Under the pieces are notes generated by a model, which was given only the letters and a program-made list of their open reading frames with translations, did not search any database and was not told where the DNA came from. DNA of 64,000 bases. Origin: Thermoanaerobaculales bacterium. Lineage in GTDB: Bacteria > Acidobacteriota > Thermoanaerobaculia > Thermoanaerobaculales > Sulfomarinibacteraceae. The position numbers and the translations under genes were made by a program. How positions within the stretch are numbered: position 1 is the stretch's first letter; each line of letters opens with the position of its first letter. Shown piece after piece: positions 18,740 through 29,767 of the stretch. The stretch spans positions 9,999 through 73,998 of the forward strand of contig DAOPQC010000013.1 in assembly GCA_035358815.1 (NCBI GenBank), given 5' to 3'.

Positions 18740-19696
18740 TCACTTCCCCCGCACCACCGGGGTCGGCGGCTCGCCGCCCTCCAGCGCCGCGATCACGTTC
18801 GAGGCGGCGAGCTCGGCCATCGCCGCGCGCGTCTCGAGCGTCGCCGATCCGACGTGGGGCAGCAGCACGACGTCGCGCCGCCCGAGCAGCCCGGGGTGGA
18901 CCTCCGGCTCGTGCTCGTAGACGTCGAGGCCGGCTCCGCCGAGGTGCCCGGACTCCAGCACCCTGACCAGCGCCGCCTCGTCGACCAGCGGCCCACGCGA
19001 GGTGTTGACGAGCACCGCGCCGCGCGGCATCGACCGCAGCCGGCGCTCGTCGAGGAGGTGGCGGGTGGAGGCGTCGAGCGGCGCGTGCAGCGACACCACT
19101 GCGCTGGTCGCCAGCAGCTCGTCGAGCGGCAGCTGGGCCGCCGGCGGGACGGCGTCGCCGATCGGCTGGCGGTCGCTGCAGGCGATCTCCATGCCGGCGG
19201 CGAGGGCGCGCCGCGCCACCGCCCGCCCGATCCGGCCATAGCCGACGATGCCGATCCGCTTGCCCTGGAGGCCGGTGCCGAGCAGCAGGTCGAGCGCCCA
19301 CCCCCGGAACCGTCCCTCGCGCAGGAAGCGCTCCGCCTCGCCGAGGCGGCGGGTGACCGCCAGCACCAGCGCCCACGCCAGATCTGCGGTGGCCTCGGTG
19401 AGCACGTCCGGGGTGTTGGTCACCCAGACCCCGCGCTCGGCGGCGGCGGCGACGTCGACGTTGTCGTAGCCGACCGCGACGTTGCCCACCACCCTGAGCC
19501 CGGGGCAGCGCTCGAGCACCCTCCGGCTCACCGGGTTGGCAAGCAGGGTCACGGCCCCGGCGGCGGCGCCGATGAAGCCGACCAGCTCGTCCTCGCCGGT
19601 CAGCGCCGGGCCCCGGTGGACCCTGATGAGGAAGCGGGCGGCCAGCATCGCCTCGGCCCGCCCCGGGAGCGCCGAGCAGACAGCAACCTCGGTCAT
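18740..19696 (-). CDS. D-isomer-specific 2-hydroxyacid dehydrogenase (glyoxylate/hydroxypyruvate reductase-like)
   Basis: NAD-binding site GIVGYGRIGRAVARR and the LLPHVGSAT catalytic His region. ATG 19696 overlaps the upstream TGA (ATGA). The N-terminal part of listed ORF 18740..20809 is out-of-frame overlap with the upstream gene. Confidence 0.85.
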   Translation of the reverse strand: MTEVAVCSALPGRAEAMLAARFLIRVHRGPALTGEDELVGFIGAAAGAVTLLANPVSRRVLERCPGLRVVGNVAVGYDNVDVAAAAERGVWVTNTPDVLTEATADLAWALVLAVTRRLGEAERFLREGRFRGWALDLLLGTGLQGKRIGIVGYGRIGRAVARRALAAGMEIACSDRQPIGDAVPPAAQLPLDELLATSAVVSLHAPLDASTRHLLDERRLRSMPRGAVLVNTSRGPLVDEAALVRVLESGHLGGAGLDVYEHEPEVHPGLLGRRDVVLLPHVGSATLETRAAMAELAASNVIAALEGGEPPTPVVRGK

Positions 19697-22140
19697 GGCC
19701 AGCCCTCCACCGGCGCCAGGAACTCCACCAGCAGCTCCTCGAGTGGCCGCTCCGCGGTCTCCACGATCCGGCCGAGCTCCGCGCCGAGCTCGTCGAGGAC
19801 GAAGATCGTCGGCACCCGATCCATCACCGTGCCGCCCGGGAGGAGGGCGGCGACCTCGGCGTCGGTCACCTGCTTGGTCCGATCGACGCCGACCAGCACC
19901 GCCTCGAGGCGGCCGGCGCCGACCTCGTCGAGCACCCGCAGCAGCCGTGGCACCTCGCGCGCCGAGTCCTCGCACCAGGTGCCGAGCACCATGACCACCC
20001 GGTAGCGGCCCGTCGTCGAGGCGAGCTGCGCGATCGCGCCGGCCTCGGGAAGGTAGATGTCGTGCTCGGCCTGCCAGCCCTCGACCGCGGCGAGCTCCGG
20101 CCAGTCGAGGCGGCCGAGGAGCACCGCCGGGGGGCGCGCCGGCTCGGGCCCGGATGCGGCCTCGACCTGGACGATCCGGTCGCCGACCCGCAGCCGCTCC
20201 AGGACGTCGCGGCCGGCGACGACCTCGCCGAGGTTCGTGTAGTGGCCGGTCAGCCGGTCGGCCGGCAGCGTGGTCACGAACAGCTGGCAGCCGCCGGTCT
20301 GCGGCCCCGAGGTCGCGATGCCCACCCGCCACGAGTCGAAGGGACGGATGCTCGGCTCGTCGGGCAGGACGAAGCCCGGGCCACCCCAGCCGTCGCCCCG
20401 GGGGTCGCCGCCCTGGACGACGAAGTTCGGCACCACCCGGTGGATGGTCAGGCCGTCGTAGAAGCCGCCCTCGGCGAGCTCCCACACCTCGCACGCGCTG
20501 ATCGGGGCGTCGCCGAGCTCGAGCCGGACCCGGAAGGTGCCGCGCACCGTGACCACGTCGAGCCAGCGCTCGACCTCGATGAAGCGCAGCAGATTGCGGT
20601 ACCACTCCCGTCCGTGGCGAGGCTGACCGGCGGGCAGCGACGCCGCGATCCCGAGGCGTCGCGCCTCGTTGACGACCGTCGCGCGGACCGCCGGCAGCGG
20701 GTCGGCGGCCGCCAGCTCCAGCACCGCCCGCCGGTCGCCCTCGGCGGACAGGTCCAGCGCCGCCACCAGCGCCGCGGCGCGGGCGTCGGCCGCTGCGTCG
20801 GCCGACCACGACCGGTGGAGCTCGAGCGCCGCTTCCCGCCCCCCGAGCGCGCCCGCGGAGTGCAGCAGCTCGACCGCGCGCGCCCGCACGGCGACGTCCG
20901 GATCACGGCGCAGCATCGCCCGCAGCGCCTCGGACCTGGCCCCGGCGGCCGCCGCGTCCACGGCCTCCAGGAAGGCGAGGCGGACCCCGGGATCGGCGTC
21001 CGCGACCGCCTGCCGCTCGACCGCCGCCGCCGCCTCGGCAGGAAGCAGGGGCGCGACCGCCGCCGCGGCCCGCCGGCGCCAGGCCTCACCCTCCCCGATC
21101 CACCGCGCGGCGAGCTCCCCGGCCGCCGCGGAGCCGCGGCGGGCGAGGGCCGCCAGCGCCTCTGCCGCCAGCCACGGCTCGTCGCCGTCGGCGATCGCGA
21201 GCAGCGCGGCGTCCGGCCCCAGCGCCGGCCGCCCGGCCGCGGCCCGCAGGGCGCTGACCGCGAGCTGGGCCGGCTCGGCCGACCACAGCGCGACCAGCGC
21301 CGCGGCGCTGTCACCTGCAACCTCGATCTCCGGGCGGGACGCCAGCGCCTGGCAGGCGGCGGCGCGCACCCGCCAGTCCGGGTCGCCGAGCGCGCCCGCC
21401 ACCGCCCGCCGGTCGGCCTCGTCAAGCGGTCCGGCGGCGAGCCCGGCGAGCGCGGTCGCCCGGATCACCGGCTCGACGTCGCCGATCAGGAGGCGCAGCG
21501 CCTCGGAGCGCTCCGGCCGCCGGCTGCGGGCCAGTGAGACGGCCGCTGCCCGGCGCAGGCCGGGCTCTTGGCGGCCGGCGAAGCGGGCGGCCTCGGCCTC
21601 CCACGGCCGCTCGCCGAGCCGCCACAGGTTGGCCAGGGCGGCCTCGAGCACCGCCGGCTCGCGCTCGCCGCGGAGCAGCCTCGCGAGCGGCTCGAAGGCC
21701 TCCTCGCCGCCGTGGCACGCCGCCCACGCCGCGGCCTGGCGGACCAGCGGCACCGCGTCGGCGAGCCCCCGCAGCGAGACGGCGAGCGCGGGCGGGCCGA
21801 TCCGGCCGGCCGCCACCATCGCGTAGCAGCGCGCCCCCGGGTCGCCGTCGCCGGCGTACTGGCCGACGAGAGTGACCCGCGACGGATCAGCCTCCGACGC
21901 CAGCGCCCGCGCGGCGTCCGTGTGCGCTTGCGGGAACGGGTCCTCCAGCACGGCGATCGCCAGCGAGCTCGGCAGGCCGCCGAAGTCGAGCGCCTCGAGC
22001 AGGGCGGCCCGCCGCTCGTCGAGCTGGCCGAAGTCGTCCTGGGCCGCGGCCGACACCGGGCCGGCCATCACCAGGGCGGCGAGCGCGGCCGCCACGCGCA
22101 GTCGAAGCACCGGGGTTCCAAGAGCCTGGATCACGGTCAC
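19693..22140 (-). CDS. secreted HEAT-repeat / cyclophilin-type PPIase / thioredoxin-like fusion protein
   Basis: Signal peptide followed by ~470 aa of Ala/Arg-rich HEAT-like repeats (DPDWRVRAAACQALA, DPDVAVRARAVELL). The cyclophilin core is HRVVPNFVVQGGDPRGDGWGGPGF. The C-terminal Trx-like fold carries WCEDS (CxxS). The GTG start overlaps the upstream TGA. Confidence 0.8.
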   Translation of the reverse strand: MTVIQALGTPVLRLRVAAALAALVMAGPVSAAAQDDFGQLDERRAALLEALDFGGLPSSLAIAVLEDPFPQAHTDAARALASEADPSRVTLVGQYAGDGDPGARCYAMVAAGRIGPPALAVSLRGLADAVPLVRQAAAWAACHGGEEAFEPLARLLRGEREPAVLEAALANLWRLGERPWEAEAARFAGRQEPGLRRAAAVSLARSRRPERSEALRLLIGDVEPVIRATALAGLAAGPLDEADRRAVAGALGDPDWRVRAAACQALASRPEIEVAGDSAAALVALWSAEPAQLAVSALRAAAGRPALGPDAALLAIADGDEPWLAAEALAALARRGSAAAGELAARWIGEGEAWRRRAAAAVAPLLPAEAAAAVERQAVADADPGVRLAFLEAVDAAAAGARSEALRAMLRRDPDVAVRARAVELLHSAGALGGREAALELHRSWSADAAADARAAALVAALDLSAEGDRRAVLELAAADPLPAVRATVVNEARRLGIAASLPAGQPRHGREWYRNLLRFIEVERWLDVVTVRGTFRVRLELGDAPISACEVWELAEGGFYDGLTIHRVVPNFVVQGGDPRGDGWGGPGFVLPDEPSIRPFDSWRVGIATSGPQTGGCQLFVTTLPADRLTGHYTNLGEVVAGRDVLERLRVGDRIVQVEAASGPEPARPPAVLLGRLDWPELAAVEGWQAEHDIYLPEAGAIAQLASTTGRYRVVMVLGTWCEDSAREVPRLLRVLDEVGAGRLEAVLVGVDRTKQVTDAEVAALLPGGTVMDRVPTIFVLDELGAELGRIVETAERPLEELLVEFLAPVEGWP

Positions 22141-22892
22141 ACTCCGTAGAGGAGGCGGTCGCCGAGGACCGCCGGCAAGCCGGCCTGGAGGATCCGCTGC
22201 CGCGCCAGTGACACCCGGTAGTCCACCCGGTAGAGGTGGAGCCGGGACAGCTCGTCGTCGAAGATGGCGTAGGACGCCCGCGGGTCGCGGTCCCTGGGCT
22301 GTCCGACCGAGCCCGGGTTGATCAGGTAGCGGTGGCCCGGCTCGAGCTTGACCGTCACCCGCCGGCCCGACAGCAGCCGCACCCCGAGGGCCGAGCTGTC
22401 GCCCCCGGCCCCGAGCTCGAACAGCGACGGGACGTGGGTGTGGCCGAAGAAGATCACCGGCTGCGGCAGCGCCCCGAACGACAGGGTGGCGTCGAAGGCC
22501 GAGAAGATGTAGGCGTCCTCGTCGATCGCCGACCCGTGGCAGATCGCGATCCGGTCGGTCAGCTCGCGCGGCCCCACCGGCAGCGCCCGCAGCAGCTCGA
22601 GGTGGTGCGGCTCGAGCTGGCCGAGGGTCCAGATCGCCGCCTCACGGGCAAAGCGGTTGAAGTACTCGGGGCTGTCGAGTCCCCCGCACACCCGGTCGTG
22701 GTTGCCGCGCACCGCGAGGGGCTCCGGCTCGAGCGAGCGCAGCCAGCCCATCACCTGGTTGGGAGAGCCGCCGTAGCCGACCGCATCGCCCAGGAAGATC
22801 ACCCGGTCGAAGCGCTTGCGCCTGACATGGGCGAGCACGGCATGGAGCGCCTCCCAGTTGCCGTGGACGTCGCTCAAGATCAGGTAGCGCAC
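22137..22892 (-). CDS. metallophosphoesterase (YfcE/MJ0936-like)
   Basis: Motifs SDVHGN, GDAVGYG, GNHD and GHTH. Confidence 0.85.
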   Translation of the reverse strand: MRYLILSDVHGNWEALHAVLAHVRRKRFDRVIFLGDAVGYGGSPNQVMGWLRSLEPEPLAVRGNHDRVCGGLDSPEYFNRFAREAAIWTLGQLEPHHLELLRALPVGPRELTDRIAICHGSAIDEDAYIFSAFDATLSFGALPQPVIFFGHTHVPSLFELGAGGDSSALGVRLLSGRRVTVKLEPGHRYLINPGSVGQPRDRDPRASYAIFDDELSRLHLYRVDYRVSLARQRILQAGLPAVLGDRLLYGV

Positions 22893-23049
22893 GGCGCCCC
22901 CGGCGACACCGTGGCCGCCCGCGACGCCGGCACCCGGCCGACCGCCGACTCCCCCGCCCCCACGAAGCCCGCCAGGTAAACGTCGGACATCCTGTTAATT
23001 GTAGCTGCTGTCGACCTTTGGCAGTCGAAGTGCCGTTCCACTTCGCGAC

Positions 23050-23216
23050 CACCCGCATCCGCGCCCCGCTTCCGCGCCCGCTTCCGGATTCGTCCCGGTC
23101 CCCGCCCCCGCCCCCGGTTGCGGCCTTTGAACTGGCGATGCAGCGCGCTCGGCGACCGCCAGCCCACACGACACTCTGAAATCCGTCATTTCGGGAACGG
23201 GAGCGGGAACGGGAAC
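23050..23216. repeat. mosaic intergenic repeat, copy 7 (B ... inverted hexamer array)
   Basis: Module B: CCCGCATCCGCGCCCCGCTTCCGCGCCCGCTTCCGG at 23052-23087. Hexamer array (GGGAAC)n-like at ~23192-23217. Confidence 0.75.
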
Positions 23217-23280
23217 GTGTACGGTGGTACGAGCTCACCCACTCTCGGCTGTGCCCGGGGGCCAAGCCACCGCCAGCGCG

Positions 23281-24621
<1,341 letters not shown>

Positions 24622-24622
24622 C

Positions 24623-25087
<465 letters not shown>

Positions 25088-25101
25088 CGTGCACACCCAC
25101 C

Positions 25102-25455
25102 CTAGACGAATTCGGAGTACAGGCGCGCGCCAACCAGACGGCTGAGCAGACGCCCCTTGCCGGCCAACGCGCCGCGGTCGAGCACCAGCAGCAGGAAGTA
25201 GCCGGCGGCCAGGCTGGTCAGGATCATCAGGCGGTCCTCGGTCCACACCGACACCTGCTCGAGGCTGCCGTGGTCGAACTCCCGGCCCGCCCGGTCGATC
25301 CCGGCCACCACCGCCGCGAGCTCGGTGCCGAGCGCCTCCAGCGAGCGGTCCGCCGGGGTGGAGGCCACCGGGATCCCGTCGGGATCGACGATCGCCGCCC
25401 CCCGGGAGCCCGGGCAGCGCTCGACCAGCTTGACGATCTCAGCCTCGAAGTTCAC
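25102..25455 (-). CDS. Roadblock/LC7 (MglB-like) domain protein
   Basis: 117 aa. The pattern GSRGAAIVDPDGIPVAS ... MILTSLAAGYFLLLVL matches the Roadblock/LC7 fold signature. The ATG overlaps the upstream TGA (ATGA). Confidence 0.6.
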   Translation of the reverse strand: MNFEAEIVKLVERCPGSRGAAIVDPDGIPVASTPADRSLEALGTELAAVVAGIDRAGREFDHGSLEQVSVWTEDRLMILTSLAAGYFLLLVLDRGALAGKGRLLSRLVGARLYSEFV

Positions 25456-27053
25456 GGGCCGCGCCGCTCAGAGCCCAGTCTAATGGTGTCGAGCCAGCCC
25501 CGCAACGCCGCCACCTTGGCCGCGGGCGAGCTGACGCGCTTCCCCTCCGGCGAGGCCTCGCCCTGCAGCTCCGCCAGATAGCCCGCGGCCTCGAGGTTGT
25601 CGGGCTCGCGCTCGAGCAGGCGCTCCAGGGTGGTCACCGCGAGGCCCCACGCGCCCTGGTGGGCGGCGAGCCGGGCCAGGGTCAGGGTCGGCAGCGGGCC
25701 TTCGTCAGCCTCCGCTTCGAGCCCGAGGGCGGGCGCGGGCGCCATCTCGTCCCCGATCGCGGCCGGCGGGGCGGGCGCGGGCTCGCCGCCGAGCTCCAGG
25801 GCCAGGTCGGCCCACGACTCGGGCTCGAGCTCGTCCCGGACCTCGGGCGCGGCCGCGGGCAGCGGCGTCACCGCGACCTGCTCCACCGGAACGAACGGGC
25901 CCTCCAGACCGGGCGGCGGGGTCCTCTCGAAGATCTCGTCCAGGGTCTCGGCCTCGGCCCGCTCGGCGCCCTCGAACAGCTCGGCAAGGTCGGCCGCCGC
26001 GATCGGCTCGAAGGCCTCGATCGGCCCGGCGGGCACAACCGGCTCGACCGGCTCGAGTGGCCCGGCCGGCGCAGGCCCCGGCAGCGCGGCCACCTCGGTC
26101 GCCACGTCGGCCCACGACTCGGGCTCCGCCTCGACCGGCGCCGGCTCGAACGGGCGCAGCGCCTCGACGACCGCCTCGTCCACGGGCGGCGCCTCCAGGA
26201 CAGGCGGCGGCTCCGTCAGGGGCAGCGGTTCGACGACCGGCGCAGCCTCCTCGCGGGGCGCGAACACGTCACCGGCACTCTCCCCCAGGGGGATCCCGAC
26301 TCCGGTCAGCTCGCCGAACGGGTCACCGTCGGCGATCCGCACGACCTCGGCGGGCGGCCGCAGCCGCCACTCGAGCAGCGCCATGCGGGCCGCGGCCTCG
26401 GCGGCCTCCTCCGCGGCGCGCCGCGCCTCCTCCTCGGCCCTGCGGGCCTCCTCTGCCGCTCGCTGCGCCTCCTCCTCCGCGAGCCTCCGCGCCTCCTCGG
26501 CGGCCCGGCGCGCCTCCTCCTCGGCGAGCCGCGCTTCCTCGGCCGCTCGCCGCGCTTCCTCCTCGGCCGCCCGCCGCGCCTCCTCCTCGGCTTTCCGCGC
26601 CTCCTCCTCGGCGACCCGCGCCCGCTCGGCGGCGGCCGCCGCCTCGAGCTCGGCGATCCGGCCGTCGACCTCGGCGATCAGGGCCGCCAGCTCGGAGTCG
26701 GCGGCGGCGAGAGGGCGCACCTGCTCGAGCGCGGCGGCGGCGGCAGGCCAGTCCGAGGCCGCGGTGGCCGCCTCGGCGACCGCGCGCGCCGCCACCGGCT
26801 GGGCCTGGTCGAGGGCGTGGGCGCGGGCGAAGGCGGCCGCCGCGCCGTCCGAGTCCGCCTGGCCGCGCAGGCCGCGGCCGAGCGCGACCCAGGCCGCGGC
26901 CGTGCGCGGGTGGTGCTCGAGGCCGCTGCGCAGCACGTCGATCGCCTCGGCGGCTTGGCCGTCGGCCTGGAGCAGCTCGGCGAGGCGCAGGAAGACCCGC
27001 GACGAGGGGTCCTCGCGCAGCTGGTAGCGCAGGCGCTCGATGCGGTAGCTCAT
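25452..27053 (-). CDS. TPR-repeat protein with central charged (EEARRAA)n coiled-coil repeat
   Basis: N- and C-terminal TPR-like helices, with ~12 tandem EEARRAA-type heptads encoded at ~26400-26640. The start is placed at ATG 27053 (MSYRIERLRYQL). Confidence 0.6.
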   Translation of the reverse strand: MSYRIERLRYQLREDPSSRVFLRLAELLQADGQAAEAIDVLRSGLEHHPRTAAAWVALGRGLRGQADSDGAAAAFARAHALDQAQPVAARAVAEAATAASDWPAAAAALEQVRPLAAADSELAALIAEVDGRIAELEAAAAAERARVAEEEARKAEEEARRAAEEEARRAAEEARLAEEEARRAAEEARRLAEEEAQRAAEEARRAEEEARRAAEEAAEAAARMALLEWRLRPPAEVVRIADGDPFGELTGVGIPLGESAGDVFAPREEAAPVVEPLPLTEPPPVLEAPPVDEAVVEALRPFEPAPVEAEPESWADVATEVAALPGPAPAGPLEPVEPVVPAGPIEAFEPIAAADLAELFEGAERAEAETLDEIFERTPPPGLEGPFVPVEQVAVTPLPAAAPEVRDELEPESWADLALELGGEPAPAPPAAIGDEMAPAPALGLEAEADEGPLPTLTLARLAAHQGAWGLAVTTLERLLEREPDNLEAAGYLAELQGEASPEGKRVSSPAAKVAALRGWLDTIRLGSERRGP

Positions 27054-27070
27054 GGCGTCGCCATTATGAC

Positions 27071-27107
27071 AAAAAAAAAGAACGGCCGGGCCGCGGGGCC
27101 CGGCCGT
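27071..27107 (-). terminator. canonical rho-independent terminator of the pil operon
   Basis: On the minus strand: ACGGCCGGGCC-CCGC-GGCCCGGCCGT (27107-27082) followed by TCTTTTTTTTTG. It lies 12 nt after the stop of the 27120..29747 gene. Confidence 0.85.
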
Positions 27108-27119
27108 GGTCTCCATCGG

Positions 27120-29747
27120 TCAGACGCCGTTGCCGCTGACGGTGATCTCCACCGACATCGGCTGCGCGTCGCTCTCGCTCGCAGTGATCGTCAGAATCGC
27201 CGAGAACGCCCCCACCGCATTCGGGTCGAAAGTGATGTGGAAGTCCTTGGACGACATCGGCGGCACGAACCTGTCGGCCGCGCCCTCCTGGATGAAGAAG
27301 CGGTCAGGATCGGTACCGCTCTTGACCAGCGTCCAGGTCAAAGTGCCGGTTCCGCTGTTGGTGATGGTCAAGGGCGTCGGATGGGGCGCCGCGCCACCGG
27401 CAACCGGCGTGTCGGGGAAGACGAAGTCGGTCTGGTTCACCGACCAGATTCGCGACTCCTCGCTGCCGCTCAGGGGAACGCTGTAGGGGGTGGTCGGGGA
27501 GCTGTTCTGGATGATCAGCTCGCCGACGTAGGCGCCGCCGTTGTCGAGGTCGGGGCAGAAGTAGATCGGGATCGGCGCACCCGTTCCGTACGGCGCCACG
27601 GTAAACCCGCCGCTGCTCTGGTTGGTCGCCCCGCTGTCGAAGTAGAAGCGGCCCATGAGGTTCATCTGGTAGACCTCGAGGGTCCCGGCGCCGCCGTTGG
27701 ACACGACCAAGTCGGCGGTGGAGCAGCTGCCGGCCTGGGCTGCCGGGAACACCGGCGCCGGCGCGATGATGGTCGCGGAGGCGACGCACTCGTCGTCACC
27801 GGGCTCGTAGATCAGGCCGCCGGCCAGCGTGCTGCCGCAGTTTCCGGGCAGGTTGACGACGGTGACGTCGACCGGGGTCGGCACCTCGCGCAGGCCAGGA
27901 ACGCCGTCGCCGGTGATGCAGGGCGTGGTGTCGAAGACCAGGCCGAACTCGTTCGGCGCCGGGATGCCGGTGACCTCGATGGTGCTCTCGTCGACCACCG
28001 TCACCGCGCTCGTCGCCATCACGTAGTCGGCGATCTTGACCAGCAGGGTCTCGGAGAAGTCAGCGCCGAAGACCGTGATGTCGGACGGGTTGACGTAGTT
28101 GCCGCTGGCGTCCGCCTGGACGAACGTCGGTTCCACGCCGGTGACGGTCGGCTGGTTGCCGCGCAGGGTGAACGTGCCGCCCGTGGCCTCCTGGTTGCTG
28201 TCGATCAGCTTCACCCGGAACTGCCCGGTGCGATCGCTGCAGGTCACTGCCAGGTCGGGCGGGAAGCGGACCAGGACCTCGGTCCCGGACACGCTCTGCA
28301 CCTCGAGCTCGATGTTGTCGACCGTGAAGAAGGCTTGCAGCGGGTCCTCGAAGCCGGCGCCGTAGATCACGACCTGGTCGCCCGGCCGGCCGTCGGTGGG
28401 CGAGTTGCCGGAGATGAACAGATTGTCGCCGTAGGTGAACTGGCGCGCGTTGGAGATCTTGCCGCTCGTCATGTTGGTGACGGTGACTTCGACGACCACC
28501 GGCGGCACCTGGCCCTGGTGGCTGTAGTCGGGCGACAGGCAGGTGATGACGTCCTGGTCGGCCGGGCTCTGGTCGTCGATCACGTTGACGTCGGTCGCCG
28601 TCAGATTGCCGAACCTGACCTGGACCGGCACCTTGAAGCCGGACCCGAAGATGCTGACCAGGGTACCGCCGCCGAGCGGCCCGGCGATCGGCGACAGCGA
28701 TGCGATCTCCGGCGTCGGGTCGTCGGCGATCACCGTGAAGGCCTGGGTGAGGGTGGAGTCCCCGGACGGGTTGGTGGCAGTGAAGTCGGCGAGCTCGTTC
28801 ACCTCGAGCGGGACCGCGCTGAACCGCGGCGTGACGATCTCCATCTGCAGGCCGTCGGGAGACGCAGCCAGGATCTCGGCGATCAGGGCGGCGCCGCGGA
28901 AGGTGAAGGTCGTCCGGGTCACCGTCTCGAGGTTGCGCCCCAGCACGTTGACCTGGTCGCCGCCGGCGGAGCGTCCGAAGTTGGGCTCGAGAACGTAGAT
29001 CACCGGCGGCCCGCCGCTCGTCACCTCCATGAAGGTGAACGCCGAAGGAAGCGTGACCGTCTGCTCGCTCGCCGTCCCGACGCCGCGCCTGACGATCACG
29101 TTCGCGATCGTGTCCTCGGTGCGGTTGATGACGTCGATGAAGGGCGTCTGCACCTCGATCTGGCCGGGGCCCGACAGCGGGTTGCTCTCGATGACCTCGA
29201 CGACGATGGCCGGGAAGAGCGCGCCCTCGACGTCGAAGATGACCTCGGCCGGGCTGCGGATGCCGGTGCCCCGCAGGAACACCGTCTCGCCGCCGTCGTA
29301 CGAGCCGACGTTCGGGATCAGCGGCAGGTGGATGACCAGGTCCTCGTCCGTGTCGGGGTCGCGGTAGGTCACGGCCACCTGGCGGGTGACGGCCCGCACC
29401 CGCGCCTGGATGAGGTAGTTCCCGGGAGCCGCGGCGGTGAACTGGACCGCGGCGTGCCCGCCCACGGTGTTCACCGAGGCCTCGGTGGTGCCGTTGACGA
29501 ACTGCCCGCCCGAGGCCAGGAACTCGACCGCCGTGCCGTCCGGCGCGTCAACCCCGTTCTTCTGGACCTCGGCCTCGACGAGGATCGTCGCGCCGATGTC
29601 CGGGTTGGGGTCGCTCACCGTCAGGCTCGAGATCGCCCACTCGTCCGGAACCACCGTCGGGACCGGTTGCGCGGTGGGGCTGTCGCCGGAGCACGCGGCC
29701 ATCACCACGAGCCCGAGAAGTGCAATGCTGTAGACAAGCTTCTTCAT
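27120..29747 (-). CDS. large surface lipoprotein with Ig-like (Big_1-type) and IPT/TIG repeats
   Basis: Lipobox LVVMAAC. N-terminal Ig-like domain (GTAVEFLASGGQF...GNYLIQARV). About 5 IPT/TIG-like repeats (ISLSPIAGPLGGGTLVSIFGSGF). C-terminal beta-sandwich domains (LTITNSGTGTLTWT). The start is ATG 29747 (MKKLV) with an AGGTG RBS. Confidence 0.7.
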   Translation of the reverse strand: MKKLVYSIALLGLVVMAACSGDSPTAQPVPTVVPDEWAISSLTVSDPNPDIGATILVEAEVQKNGVDAPDGTAVEFLASGGQFVNGTTEASVNTVGGHAAVQFTAAAPGNYLIQARVRAVTRQVAVTYRDPDTDEDLVIHLPLIPNVGSYDGGETVFLRGTGIRSPAEVIFDVEGALFPAIVVEVIESNPLSGPGQIEVQTPFIDVINRTEDTIANVIVRRGVGTASEQTVTLPSAFTFMEVTSGGPPVIYVLEPNFGRSAGGDQVNVLGRNLETVTRTTFTFRGAALIAEILAASPDGLQMEIVTPRFSAVPLEVNELADFTATNPSGDSTLTQAFTVIADDPTPEIASLSPIAGPLGGGTLVSIFGSGFKVPVQVRFGNLTATDVNVIDDQSPADQDVITCLSPDYSHQGQVPPVVVEVTVTNMTSGKISNARQFTYGDNLFISGNSPTDGRPGDQVVIYGAGFEDPLQAFFTVDNIELEVQSVSGTEVLVRFPPDLAVTCSDRTGQFRVKLIDSNQEATGGTFTLRGNQPTVTGVEPTFVQADASGNYVNPSDITVFGADFSETLLVKIADYVMATSAVTVVDESTIEVTGIPAPNEFGLVFDTTPCITGDGVPGLREVPTPVDVTVVNLPGNCGSTLAGGLIYEPGDDECVASATIIAPAPVFPAAQAGSCSTADLVVSNGGAGTLEVYQMNLMGRFYFDSGATNQSSGGFTVAPYGTGAPIPIYFCPDLDNGGAYVGELIIQNSSPTTPYSVPLSGSEESRIWSVNQTDFVFPDTPVAGGAAPHPTPLTITNSGTGTLTWTLVKSGTDPDRFFIQEGAADRFVPPMSSKDFHITFDPNAVGAFSAILTITASESDAQPMSVEITVSGNGV

Positions 29748-29767
29748 GGCACCTGACCCCCACCTGT

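Noticed and set aside
18740-20809. A single 689-aa protein as listed in the ORF track.
   Set aside because: Only the C-terminal 318 aa (from MTEVAV, ATG 19696) match 2-hydroxyacid dehydrogenases. The upstream part is an out-of-frame read through the cyclophilin/thioredoxin fusion gene.
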